Part shown: one piece after another, positions 50,661-61,213 of the stretch
Position numbering within the stretch: position 1 is the stretch's first letter
How the letters are laid out: the number at the start of each line of letters is the position of its first letter
DNA from: Candidatus Poribacteria bacterium
GTDB lineage: Bacteria; Poribacteria; WGA-4E; PCPOR2b
NCBI GenBank assembly: GCA_965218095.1
Contig: OZ244587.1
Coordinates: forward strand, 1,856,001-1,920,000
Reading direction: 5' to 3'
Length of the DNA: 64,000 bases
Made by a program: the position numbers and the translations under genes
The notes under the pieces: model-generated
Told to the model about the DNA's origin: nothing
The model's input: only the letters and a program-made list of their open reading frames with translations
Database searches by the model: none

Positions 50661-52223
50661 TTACTTCGGTTCAAGGATAGCGCAGGGTAAAATCATCTCT
50701 TCCATCGAGATGCCACCATGCTGAAATCCCCCATGAAACTGACGTTTATAGTCGTTAAACTGATTTGGGTAAACAAAGTAATAGTCCTCTTTGGCAAGGA
50801 CGTAATTTTTTTCAAAGGGTTCATCAGGTAGCATGTAGCGTTCCGGCTGGGTAACTCTCAACCCAGCTTCCTCATCACATAAAAGCTCACCGCCTAACTT
50901 GAATCGAAGTCCATTGGTTGCAGGTCGGTCACCTGAGATTTTCGCTGCATGCTGACACAAGATCGAACCGTGGTCTGAAGTCAAAATCACCGTAACGCCT
51001 CGATCCGCAAGCAACTTCAGAATTTTATATAATCCTGAATGCTGAAACCAACCCTCCACAAATGCGCGAAACGCAGTTTCATCGGGAATGAGTTGTTTGA
51101 GTAAGCCAATCTCAGATCGTTTATGCGTCAGGAGGTCGAGAAAGTCAACAACCACCGCTGCTAAACTGATGCGATTGACATTGCTAATCCATTGCAGGTA
51201 CTCTATCTCCCCACGCATATCGAAGATCTTAAAATACTGTGGAGGGGGTTTGAGGTGAATACCATGTCGTCCCAGTTGCAATCGCATCAGGTCTTTCTCA
51301 TGGCGATTGACACTAGTGTTGTCATCATCAATTTCTACCCATAAATCCGGATAGCGCTGTGCAAACTGTAGGGGAAACAAGCCACTGAAAATCGCATTCC
51401 GCGAGTAGTTAGTCGCTGTCGGCAAAATCGAGTAATGATAGTGTGTGGAGATCTGAAAGTAAGGATGCAGGAGAGGCTTAATCTTTAGCCAGTGATCTAG
51501 CCGCATACAGTCGAGCACCACGAAGAACACCTGTTTGCCAACTTGCACCTCTGGAATGACGTATTTGTAGAGAACATCAACCGATAAAGCGGGGGAATCC
51601 TCGCCAACCAGCCAATCACAATAGTGTTCTTCGACATAGCGGGCAAACAGGGCGTTGCACTCCTGTTTCTCCAGCCAGTGCGTCTCACGCAAATCATCGG
51701 CTGTGTCTAGTTCATCTAAGCGCAAATCCCATTCGGCAAGCTGAGTATAAATATCAATCCATGTTTTCCAATCGACCTCCTGCTGTTTTAATGCGTTTCG
51801 TTTATTAAAGTCAATCACATATTCTTGAGCAGTGTAATCTTCTTTAACGGCATCATATTCTAGGAGAAACGTCAGTTCTGAGGCAATCTGTTTCGGACTC
51901 AACGGTTTCATTAAAAAATCATCAACGTGATGCATAATTGCCTCATTCATTATCTCCCTTTGCTCGTTTTGGGTTACCATAACTACCGGTAAATGTGGGT
52001 ATCTCTTTTTGATTTCCGAAAGGAGACGAATGCCATCCATATCGGGCATCCTGTGGCTAAGTAGGACCGCGTCATAACTCCCCTCCTCTAACAAAGATAA
52101 CCCATCTGAGCCCATCATTGCAGACGTAATCTGATACCCCTTTTGTTCCAAAAATAGAATGTGTGTGTCTAAACTGTTAATCTCATCATCAATCCACAAA
52201 ATCCTCCTTGTTTGTGCTTGCAT
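50661..52223 (-). CDS. PorX-like response regulator (receiver plus PglZ/alkaline-phosphatase domain)
   Basis: ILWIDDE receiver; VLDCMR, LPTATNYSRNAIFSG, TSDHG, FQHGGISMEEM. Confidence 0.88.
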   Translation of the reverse strand: MQAQTRRILWIDDEINSLDTHILFLEQKGYQITSAMMGSDGLSLLEEGSYDAVLLSHRMPDMDGIRLLSEIKKRYPHLPVVMVTQNEQREIMNEAIMHHVDDFLMKPLSPKQIASELTFLLEYDAVKEDYTAQEYVIDFNKRNALKQQEVDWKTWIDIYTQLAEWDLRLDELDTADDLRETHWLEKQECNALFARYVEEHYCDWLVGEDSPALSVDVLYKYVIPEVQVGKQVFFVVLDCMRLDHWLKIKPLLHPYFQISTHYHYSILPTATNYSRNAIFSGLFPLQFAQRYPDLWVEIDDDNTSVNRHEKDLMRLQLGRHGIHLKPPPQYFKIFDMRGEIEYLQWISNVNRISLAAVVVDFLDLLTHKRSEIGLLKQLIPDETAFRAFVEGWFQHSGLYKILKLLADRGVTVILTSDHGSILCQHAAKISGDRPATNGLRFKLGGELLCDEEAGLRVTQPERYMLPDEPFEKNYVLAKEDYYFVYPNQFNDYKRQFHGGFQHGGISMEEMILPCAILEPK

Positions 52224-52224
52224 C

Positions 52225-52794
52225 TCATATCACCTCCTCCCTATATTGTTGCAAGGTTACAGCTTGCAGTTCCGCACGGTATCTCAGACCGGCGGCTTCT
52301 GAACCCTGCATAGCCTTCAAAAGATTAGTTTTTAACTCATCGAAAGTCGCCCAACGCGCATCGGCAATCTCTTTTGTATCGACGGGCTGCAAATGCCCAC
52401 CTATCGCCTGAGCAGTGAATACATGAGATGTCCAGAACACCGTTTCATCCTCAAAAGAAAAATTGACATACACTTTGAGGAGATATTTCTGGAGTTGAAT
52501 CTCTAAACCCGTTTCCTCAAAAGCCTCACGCCGTGCACCGGTTTCAAACTTTTCCCCCCGTTCAATACCACCGCTGGGTGGACGGTAGACATTGGGAGGA
52601 TGGCTTGGTTTTCGGATAACAGCGATCTTATCGCCTTTGAAAATAAATAAAGTTACGTCGTGTGCTCTTCCGTTTCGCATGCTCCACTTGAGCAAGTCAA
52701 ATTCTCTTTGACTCATCGTGTATGCTGTGCGAAGAATACGTGGCACACCGTACTTCTCTTCAAGTTGATTCAAGACTTCTTGAGTGATGTACAT
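52225..52794 (-). CDS. NUDIX hydrolase
   Basis: GGIERGEKFETGARREAFEETG Nudix box. Confidence 0.9.
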   Translation of the reverse strand: MYITQEVLNQLEEKYGVPRILRTAYTMSQREFDLLKWSMRNGRAHDVTLFIFKGDKIAVIRKPSHPPNVYRPPSGGIERGEKFETGARREAFEETGLEIQLQKYLLKVYVNFSFEDETVFWTSHVFTAQAIGGHLQPVDTKEIADARWATFDELKTNLLKAMQGSEAAGLRYRAELQAVTLQQYREEVI

Positions 52795-52902
52795 GGTGTG
52801 AAACGTAATGCGTATTGCGTAATCAGGTATTATCTATTGCTAGGGAGAGAATCGCAAAAACTCCCCCAGAATTGGGGGCCGGGGGGCGCACACAAAGTCA
52901 AG

Positions 52903-54234
52903 CTAAATTCCTCCGACGAAACGCCCCGGATTCAGCAAACCCACCGGATCAAGACTGGCTTTGATTTTTTTCATTAGCTCCAAGCTGTGACCGACGGAAC
53001 CCCAAACATCAACCTGATGCTTGAGTGCGGTTGGGGCTGACTCGACAATAAGATTTCCACCGACATTTGCGGCAGCATCGCGTAAATTCGCAAGCGCACC
53101 TGCGACGGCTTGGACCGGAACATCACCGTCTGGAAACTCTGAGAAGGCAACGTAAACAATTCCATTCCCCATCAATCCCATCACTTGCACCAAGCTGTGC
53201 AAGTCATTGCCAGTGGTTAAGGCAATGTTGATAAAATCCTCAATGTCTGTTACTCGCAGGTTCGCTTTGCTCACGACAATTTGAGATGCCCAGCCACCTT
53301 CTGGAAAGGCACACATTGATGCCCGGAGAACCAGTTGAGACTCTCCTTCATACACTCCCACACCGATAGCTCCGTTTTGTTTCGCGTTTGATGTGATCTG
53401 ATCAATTTGCCATTCGACGGTTTCAGGATGTTCGTCCAGTCCAATTAGAACGCAAGGTTCCGCGACCTCCGTAAACGGGACGCCATTGATGAACAGATTG
53501 AGGAAGATCGGCAAAAGTTGAGAACTTGAGACATCCAATGCGGTATTGACCGCCTGTCCGATTTCCTTGAAGGTCAATAACACAGTGCGCTCAATCTCCG
53601 GCAGCGGTTGTAGTTTAAATGAGACTTCCGTAATGACGCCCAGCGTACCGAACGAGCCAGTATACAGCTTGTTGAGATCATATCCCGCCACATTTTTGAC
53701 GACCTTGCCGCCGCTCTTTACAACCGTTCCGCTCGATTGGACAACCCGCATGCCAAGCACGCGATCGCGAGTGGCACCAAAGCGCAGACGCGAGGGACCG
53801 CTGGAATTTGTTGAGGTTATGCCACCGATCGTTGCGTCGTCGGTGTAAGGCGGATCGAGGGGCAAATATTGTCTATGTTCAGCCAACTTTGCCTGGAGCT
53901 CGGCAAGCCGAATTCCTGCTTCCACAGTCACAGTTAAGTCAGCAGGCTCATATTCTAGCACTTGATTTAGCTTTGATGTCGAAAGGACAAGATCGACCTG
54001 TTCCGGCAGATTGCCGATGCCTAACTTTGTCCCATTCCCTGCGGGGATAACCGACAACTCGCCATCTGCAGCATAGCTCAACACCTCTTGAATTTCGTGG
54101 GTTGACGCAGGCAAAACGACAGCTTGGGGATCGACGCCATCAATTGCATAACGATTCAGTCGGTCATCAGAAAGCAGGCCGGCTTCGCTAACAATTTGAA
54201 CCAGATCCGCGTGCAACTGATTTGAATTAGACAT
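52903..54234 (-). CDS. glcE: FAD-binding oxidoreductase, glycolate oxidase GlcE-like subunit
   Basis: EYEPADLTVTVEAG, GGKVVKNVAGYDL, DPVGLLNPGRF. Confidence 0.85.
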   Translation of the reverse strand: MSNSNQLHADLVQIVSEAGLLSDDRLNRYAIDGVDPQAVVLPASTHEIQEVLSYAADGELSVIPAGNGTKLGIGNLPEQVDLVLSTSKLNQVLEYEPADLTVTVEAGIRLAELQAKLAEHRQYLPLDPPYTDDATIGGITSTNSSGPSRLRFGATRDRVLGMRVVQSSGTVVKSGGKVVKNVAGYDLNKLYTGSFGTLGVITEVSFKLQPLPEIERTVLLTFKEIGQAVNTALDVSSSQLLPIFLNLFINGVPFTEVAEPCVLIGLDEHPETVEWQIDQITSNAKQNGAIGVGVYEGESQLVLRASMCAFPEGGWASQIVVSKANLRVTDIEDFINIALTTGNDLHSLVQVMGLMGNGIVYVAFSEFPDGDVPVQAVAGALANLRDAAANVGGNLIVESAPTALKHQVDVWGSVGHSLELMKKIKASLDPVGLLNPGRFVGGI

Positions 54235-54241
54235 ATCGATA

Positions 54242-55182
54242 ACCCAAGTTGCGACCTATTCATCGAATATGTGAGTGAACTGAATATGTGAGTGAACTCA
54301 GAGCTGATTGATACTGCTAGCCAATACAAACAAGACCACTTTCAATTCAAATCCGTGTCGCGTTACTGCATGGATTGAACGTGGAAGCAGTTTGTTAATC
54401 AAACTGCCAGCCGTCTCAACAGACTTACGATGGTAATTAGCCAAGTAGGTCTCCCATGGTGGATACAGCCGCTTGGAATTCTTCTTGCGTACTGGCTTTA
54501 ATTCGACTCCGACTGATGTAACAATATCTTCTATCTCATAATTATTGTATGCTTTGTCACCATAGCCCGGTGGCAAGTCGAAGTCAAACCACTGTAACCC
54601 TTCAACGTCCCCTGTACTGGCTGGGGTCACAAAAAATTCAACAGGGTGTCGACTCGCAGTCACTAGCAGATGAACTTTCAAGCCATAGAAATACCGACGT
54701 TTGGACGCTTGATAGCCTCGATATGCCTTATCGGTGTAGATTTTTGACCGACGAATGCGGAACAAACAGCAATTGGTATGGTATCCAGTGCATAGATTTT
54801 CTGTTGATTAAGTTGCACATAGCTTCGTCCCAAGATTTTGAACAATGTGGTGAACATCGGTTTAATTCGATGAAGTCGTCGGTTGAATCGACTTTTTGAA
54901 AGCATCTTGGGTATATAGCCATGAGTCTTTAGAAAGTCACAAGTGGTTTGCAAGTTTGCCCCGAAGAACAACGCAGCGACGATGCCGGTGGTCATCACTT
55001 CGGCATCAGACATCTGCGTTTGTGGGTGTGGTTTTGAGTTGAGTGCTTCTAAGAGCTTGTCACAGAGATAGAAAATGGTTGCAATTTGGATGTCCATGGG
55101 TTTCTCCTTTGAGGTATTATGGTTTGGATTACCTCTACTTTAACGGAAAACCCATGGATTTTCAATTACTAGCAACTTGGGT
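54242..55182 (-). mobile_element. IS982-family element with frameshifted transposase (54678-55097 and 54298-54765)
   Basis: TIR ACCCAAGTTGC / GCAACTTGGGT; MSDAEV, SRFNRR, YFYGLKVHL, GDKAY. Confidence 0.92.
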
Positions 55183-55343
55183 TAGTATTATGGCAATTTC
55201 TATATTTTTTTTCTGTTTTAGGGTAGAAATGCGTTATAATATACCAAAGTCGCTCAACCAATGGGGGCGCTCATAATAATTCTTGGTTGTTCGGCTTGAG
55301 GCTATCCCCAGTGGGTAGCTGGGGGTAGCCACATCCACTCTAT

Positions 55344-55408
55344 ATTGTAGCAAATAATTATTGTAGCATTGTAGCAAATAATTATTGTAGCAAATAATTG
55401 TAGCAAAT
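55344..55408. repeat. Tandem repeat, 24 bp x2 plus partial units (TTGTAGC x5)
   Basis: ATTGTAGCAAATAATTATTGTAGC twice, then AAATAATTGTAGCAAAT. Confidence 0.85.
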
Positions 55409-55425
55409 ACGCAAAGTCTTGTCAA
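55397..55425 (-). promoter_or_regulatory. sigma70 promoter
   Basis: TTGACA-N17-TACAAT on the minus strand. Confidence 0.6.
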
Positions 55426-55478
55426 ACAAAAAAAACATCTGAGATCAGTCCGGATCAGATCCAGGTACTGATGGAGGT

Positions 55479-55802
55479 TTGGTTGTGGGGAGATGTGAGT
55501 GTTCGACTTTTATAGCTATAGCTTTTTTTGCAGGGTGTGCTGTTGGTGTTATCGATCACAAAGGTGGTTGGGAACAGTTCTGGGAGCAGTTTTGGTTTGA
55601 AACTTGGCACATCACACCGGAGCAAAAGGAAGCAAAACGGAGAAGGGAGAGCAGGGAGACCCTAGATGAACAGTGGAGGAAGAACGGATATTATGCGGGT
55701 CTTGAAAGTGGGATTGGATTTGCTATTGGTGCTCTTATGCTATGTCTAGTGCTCAACAAAATATATAAAATAAAAGAGATAAAAGGGGGTAGCGAGAAAT
55801 GA
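55479..55802 (+). CDS. Small hypothetical membrane protein
   Basis: Two hydrophobic segments; GGAGG near the start; AT-rich 3' end. Confidence 0.45.
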   Translation: MVVGRCECSTFIAIAFFAGCAVGVIDHKGGWEQFWEQFWFETWHITPEQKEAKRRRESRETLDEQWRKNGYYAGLESGIGFAIGALMLCLVLNKIYKIKEIKGGSEK

Positions 55803-55809
55803 AGAAGTA

Positions 55810-56043
55810 AAGCTGATCGCGCCAGTCGGCACGGTGGCGATCTTCAACTCGGCCCTCTGGCACGGGGCAACGATGAATCCGAACCGTATCCCGCGCGCCA
55901 ACCTCACCAGCTTCTGGTCCCGGCGCGTGTTTCCCGACGGTTCGCGCCGGGAGAACCGCTTGAGCCAAGACGCGTTCGACCGTCTCAGCGAACCGGCGCG
56001 ATGCTTGTTTGACCCGCCGGGTGACAACAACAGCGCCAAGTAA
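55810..56043 (+). pseudogene. C-terminal fragment of a PhyH dioxygenase
   Basis: APVGTVAIFNSALWHGATMN..PR; abrupt GC shift at about 55805. Confidence 0.65.
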
Positions 56044-56177
56044 CCTCGCTACGCAGGATTCAAAAAACCTGTGGCTGCTTGATGACTAGAGCGGCGAATT
56101 GACGAGGACTGTCACATTTCTTTACTCGCCATGAGTTCAAAACAAAACGTATGTCAGAAAGATTGAGGTAATCCACG

Positions 56178-57089
56178 ATGAAATACGATAAAGTCAATCG
56201 AATATTTGACTGCGATCCCACCCTAACCGACACACAGGTTCTGGAATTTTGCCGAAATGGTTTCCTACATCTTCCAGGCGTTGTGCCCGATGAAATTAAT
56301 CAACGATCCTGTGATTATTTGAATGGAAAGATACCCGCTAGCCCCAGTTTCATTCCTGAAGGACTCACAGCGGATGATTTAGAGAGAATTCGCAACTCTC
56401 ATGAACCAAGCACGATCCTTCTTGAGGATTGGTTTGTTGAGCATGTCCTTCTCAATCCACAATTAGCCGGTGCATTGCGGTCACTCTTGGGGAAGAACGC
56501 AGGCTTGCCAGTTCTGGTGAGTAAGCACAGTGTTGAATATCCAGCTCCGCCCCAGAGGTGGCATCATGATGCGGACCATATATTTGGGCCTGAAGTCAAT
56601 TTTCTCGAAGTCTTTTACTTCCCTCAGGATACCCCGCTGGAGATGGGACCAACTGAGCTGGTGCTGGGGTCGCATGTTCGCCCAACCACCTGTGATGCGG
56701 ACGATCCAGGGGTCCCAGCCATCGGCCCCGCCGGATCAATCGGTATCCACTCTCAGAGTATTCTCCATCGCCAGGGCGAATCCACGGAAACAGGGATGCG
56801 TCATATGCTGAAATACAGTTACTGGCGAACAGTACCTCCGGAACGAGATTGGATTGTTGAACCGGACTTTGACTTGCGGACGGCCGATTATGGCGGTCAT
56901 AGAGCGGCCAGGTATATTGCCCATATGTTCTATTGGTTATGCGGCAAGGGAGATGAATTTCGGATAATCGGTGGACAAGCGTGGCCTTGGAAAACTGAGA
57001 ACCAGATCGGTCCGTCGTATGGATTCGGGGTGAAGGAAGGGTACCTCCCAAACTGGCGGAGGAATAACCCTGATGATTACGCCGCTTGA
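56178..57089 (+). CDS. PhyH-family dioxygenase
   Basis: RNGFL, WHHD, GPTELVLGSH, ILHR, RHMLKY. Confidence 0.88.
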   Translation: MKYDKVNRIFDCDPTLTDTQVLEFCRNGFLHLPGVVPDEINQRSCDYLNGKIPASPSFIPEGLTADDLERIRNSHEPSTILLEDWFVEHVLLNPQLAGALRSLLGKNAGLPVLVSKHSVEYPAPPQRWHHDADHIFGPEVNFLEVFYFPQDTPLEMGPTELVLGSHVRPTTCDADDPGVPAIGPAGSIGIHSQSILHRQGESTETGMRHMLKYSYWRTVPPERDWIVEPDFDLRTADYGGHRAARYIAHMFYWLCGKGDEFRIIGGQAWPWKTENQIGPSYGFGVKEGYLPNWRRNNPDDYAA

Positions 57090-57231
57090 AATTCTTGCTC
57101 TACTGGTGCATAACAAAAAGAAGATATAAAACTGATTGACTTCTAACTAGGATGTGTGGTAGAGTGTGGTGTACTATCTTGCAAAAAGAAATCGTGGTGA
57201 GCTATAGTGAGTCGTTGCTTCACGCATGAGA

Positions 57232-58048
57232 CTAGGTTCTGTTGACATTTCAAGGGAGCCATATAAGAGTGGAGACAAAGCTGAGAAATCCAAAATAACG
57301 GACAACTAGCTTCTCAAACCGAGAGAAGATACGACGATACCATTTTATCTTGTTGATGAAACATTCAACCCGATGTCTCTCTTTGTATAAGTGTTTGTCA
57401 TACGTTCTTTGGTCAACACGATGACTTTTTGGCGGTATCACCGCAATCACTCCATTCGCCTTGATAACCGCGATAAAAGCGTCCGAATCGTACCCCTTGT
57501 CTCCATCACTGTTATATCCGATTATCAACCCTTCTGCCTCAGTTATGTCATGTCTCTGACCGGGGGTCAGATGAATTCTTAGGGGATTGCCTAGTCCGTC
57601 AACTGTGATGTGATTTTTTGTACTGAAACCGCCCCGAGACCGACCTAATGCTTGGTTTTCAGTGCCACCCTTTTTTTTAAGGCGCCCGCCGCACACGGGT
57701 GAGCGCGGCAGATTGTACTGTCCACAATAAGCGACTCGATATCGGGGTCAGAGGCGAAGTGGGGGTGCATCTGTGTGAAGATACCTTTGTCGCACCATCG
57801 AGCAAAACGCTTGTAGCGGGTGTTCCATTTGCCATAGGTGTCTGGTAGAAGTCTCCATTGAGCCCCGCTACGAGTCACCCACAGGACGGCTTCGACGAAG
57901 CGGCGTGTAGCAGCTTCGTCGCCAACATAGATGGTGGGACAGCTTAGAAGAAACCGGTATATCTTATTCCATTGTTCATCAGATAAGGTTATTGGCGTCA
58001 TTCTTCTATTATGCCACAACCTTATACTCAAATGTCAACAGAATCTAG
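57232..58048 (-). mobile_element. IS5-family element, copy 3, two ORFs joined at an A8 frameshift site
   Basis: Same TIRs and CTAG; ORFs 57645-58031 and 57250-57696 overlap at GCCTTAAAAAAAAGGG; 9-bp deletion before GDKG. Confidence 0.95.
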
Positions 58049-58512
58049 TAAAAAAACGCTGTTTTATCGTTTCTCCACGGGGTCAAGACCCTTTTCGTAT
58101 TCCTACTGATTTAGGGGTGACCCCTGCGACCTATATCCCGAAAGGCAGGATAATAACCTTGTAGCCGCATTAGGTCCTACCTGTCACCAAATAAGGAAAG
58201 CCATAAGTAGACGATTACAGAATATGGCAGAAAGTGAGTAGTCATGAGCGATTGAACCGGGTGACTAAAGTGCAAAAGTAGAATTGACAAGGCTTCAAGC
58301 ACTTGTGGGACGAGAAAAAGCGAGCAGAAAATTGACGAAAGAATCTCTCCCCATTGCCGCTTGAGAGCACCAATCGCTTTGTCTCGCTTCGGCCATCTTA
58401 TCCGATGTTTGACTTTGGCTAACAGAAAATACAACACGGCCCGGCATATGATGTGACCTCCCCAGAAGCGACCAAACCCAAAACTCAAGCTTACATTGAA
58501 AGGAGTTTTTCC

Positions 58513-60094
58513 ATGAAAACCTTACAGATCTTCTTTGTGTGTCTGATTTTAGGAATCGGACAGGTGACCGTAACCCACGCCGCCGAAGTTAAGTTCCTCC
58601 CGGAGGACATAGGCCAAGGTGACTGGTTTGGATTCTCCGTCTCCATCAGCGGGGACACCGTCATCGCCGGGACTCCGTTCAACGCGGGAACAGGCTCCGC
58701 CTATATCTCCGTATTCGACAATGGGAATTGGATACAGGAGGCGAAACTGGTCGCCGCCGACCTAGCTGCAAAAAACTGGTTTGGATTTTCTGTCTCCATC
58801 AGCGAGGCTAACGCCATTGTCGGCGCTCCACTTCACAATGTTGCCGATGTAAAATGGACAGGCGCGGCGTATATTTTCGTGCGTAAAGTAAAGGGTCAGC
58901 GAGCAGAATGGGAAGAGCAGGCGAAACTCATTGCCAAGGACGCAGGGAAAGAGGACGAGTTCGGATATGCCGTTGCCATCAGCGGGGACACTGCCATCAT
59001 TGGAGCGCATCTAGACAGCCATGAGGGGGCAGAAAAGGCTGGCTCTGCCTACATCTTCGTTCGCGAGAGGGACGGTTGGAAACAGCAGGCAAAGCTTATT
59101 GCCAGCGACGCCGCGGAAAAGGACGAGTTCGGGAGATCCGTCGCCATTCACAAGAACACTGTCATCATCGGAGCGCATCTAGACGATGATAGCGGCAGCA
59201 AGTCCGGCGCGGCGTATATCTTCGCGTGGGAGGGGGAGGCGTGGAGTGAGCAGGCAAAGCTTACCACCAGCGACGCCGCCGCACGTGACGAGTTCGGAAC
59301 TTCCGTCGCCATCAGCGGACGCTCCGTCATCGTCGGATCACCATTGGACGATGATGCCGGCAGCAAGTCCGGTTCGGCGTATATCTTCGCGCGCAACGGG
59401 GGCGTGGAGTGAGCAGGTGAAACTTACCGCCAGCGACGCGGCGGCAGGCGCCCAGTTCGGCGCCGCTGTCGCCTTCGACGTGAATCGGATCATCGTCGGG
59501 GCGCCATTGCACGATGCTTCCAAAGCGGATATGGGCACCGCCTATGCCTTTTTACGGGTTGATGGGGCGTGGGTTGAGCAGTCAAAGACCACCCACAAGA
59601 AAGCAGAGGAAGCGGATGAGTTCGGACATGCCGTTGCCGTCGTCACAGCCCATAGGAAAAATCTTCGTGCTGCAGGAGGACCATGTTGTGATTTCGGAGT
59701 CGATGGCGGGGCAGCGTATATGTATGATGCCACAAAAGATCTTAGTATACCTCTCTCCGTCGAGCCGGCTTTCTTGACGACGACTACGTTGGGGCAGGTC
59801 AAGCAGTCGGCATTGCTTCAAAACTTCCCCAATCCGTTTAATCCAGAAACATGGATGCCGTATGTGTTAGCCGCCGATGCCAAAGTGACCATTCGTATCT
59901 ACGATGTGCAAGGACAACTTGTCCGTCAGTTAGCGCCCGGTTTGCGACAAGCGGGCAGTTATCTCAGCCGAGAAACCGCGGCGTATTGGGATGGCAAAGA
60001 CCGATTCGGAGAGGCGGTTTCGAGTGGCATCTATTTCTACACGCTTAAGGCTAGCGCTTTCCAAGCCACCCGACGAATGGTCATCTTGAAATAG
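58513..60094 (+). CDS. Secreted FG-GAP repeat protein with T9SS-CTD/FlgD-Ig-like tail; frameshift in a G-run near 59400
   Basis: Signal peptide, repeated D.FG.SVAISG..IVGA...GSAYIF units, LLQNFPNPFNPETW...WDGKD..GE.VSSGIYFY...RRMVILK. Confidence 0.85.
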
Positions 60095-60224
60095 TATCAA
60101 ATGACCAGATGATGGTTGGAATGCTGATGTCTATTGCCTTCCAGCCATCACCCATGAGCGGGTTGGATTGGGTGAACTCGCATCTCCTTCGAGAAATGGA
60201 TACGCTTGGATATAAGCGTAACGA

Positions 60225-60253
60225 AGTATAGCAAAAAAGATAGCGGGTGTCAA
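60225..60253 (-). promoter_or_regulatory. sigma70 promoter
   Basis: TTGACA-N17-TATACT on the minus strand. Confidence 0.6.
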
Positions 60254-60320
60254 ACCAATCTTCAAGTAAAATTACGATGTTTTGTTGGGCAAAACGCTAA
60301 GCAACGTTTGTCCGATTTTA

Positions 60321-61213
60321 TCATTGGGGGTCTCCTGTAGGTTCGGAACGGAACAGGGTGTTGGCATCTTTACAGCTTTCTGATTCGGTTGCTAAGTTAG
60401 CGTCCATGTCATCAAGCGAATGTTGAGGAATCAGGTCAAGATATTGAGAGATGACGCGTTTGGAGAGCCGGGTAATCTGAGAGATTTTGTCAATATCCTC
60501 CGTAGCGGCACGAACCGTCTTAACGGACTCATAATCGCGAATGTATCGGTCAACCGCTTCTTTAGAGTGGCTGGTTTTGGCAGCAGATGCCCTTGGAGAT
60601 AGAGGGTAACAATCTCTTTCTTGTGGGTAATCGCTCCCGATAAATCATGGATATTGCCCCGGGTGGGCAAGAGTTTTCCACTATTTTTTTGCCACTCATT
60701 GACATAGTCGCTGACGATGGCATCACAGATATTGAGCAACACAGCTAGGTCGAGTTGGGTCAATAATGCGCCTTGGTCATAGGCTTGATAACACCATCGG
60801 ACTAATCAATTGATTCTGAGTTGCCGGGAAGTAAAACCGTTGCGAAAGGATTCAATATCCTCAGAAGCGAGGTAGGTCAGAACAACCAGCTTCATAGCGG
60901 TTTTGACGATTGACTTCCCTTTTTGTGGGTATTCATCAATCGGCACAGCCATCCGGACCAATTGCCCATAACTGAGCATTCGCTGATTAGGGATTTGGTC
61001 TCCTGTGGCGAGTTTCTCAAGGGGGAGGGCAATCAAGAAATAGCCTTCAATGGTTTTGACAATGTCATCAACAATGACAGCCGCCGTGACTTCTCCTTTG
61101 TCATAACCGTAAGAATTGATAAAGCGATGAATTAGTAGCTATTGCAGGGATTTATCATTGAGGCGTCTGAATTTCTTCTCGTTGACTTCGGTTCGAGTCA
61201 AGGGTTTACTCAT
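60321..61213 (-). pseudogene. Second DUF1670-like protein, disrupted
   Basis: ATG overlaps the upstream stop; stops near 61139 and at 60806; QAYDQGALLTQLDLA, PTRGNIHDL, THK repeat the motifs of the upstream gene. Confidence 0.7.

Noticed and set aside
55344-55408. Possible CRISPR array
   Set aside because: Repeats are contiguous with no unique spacers, and no cas genes are in the window.
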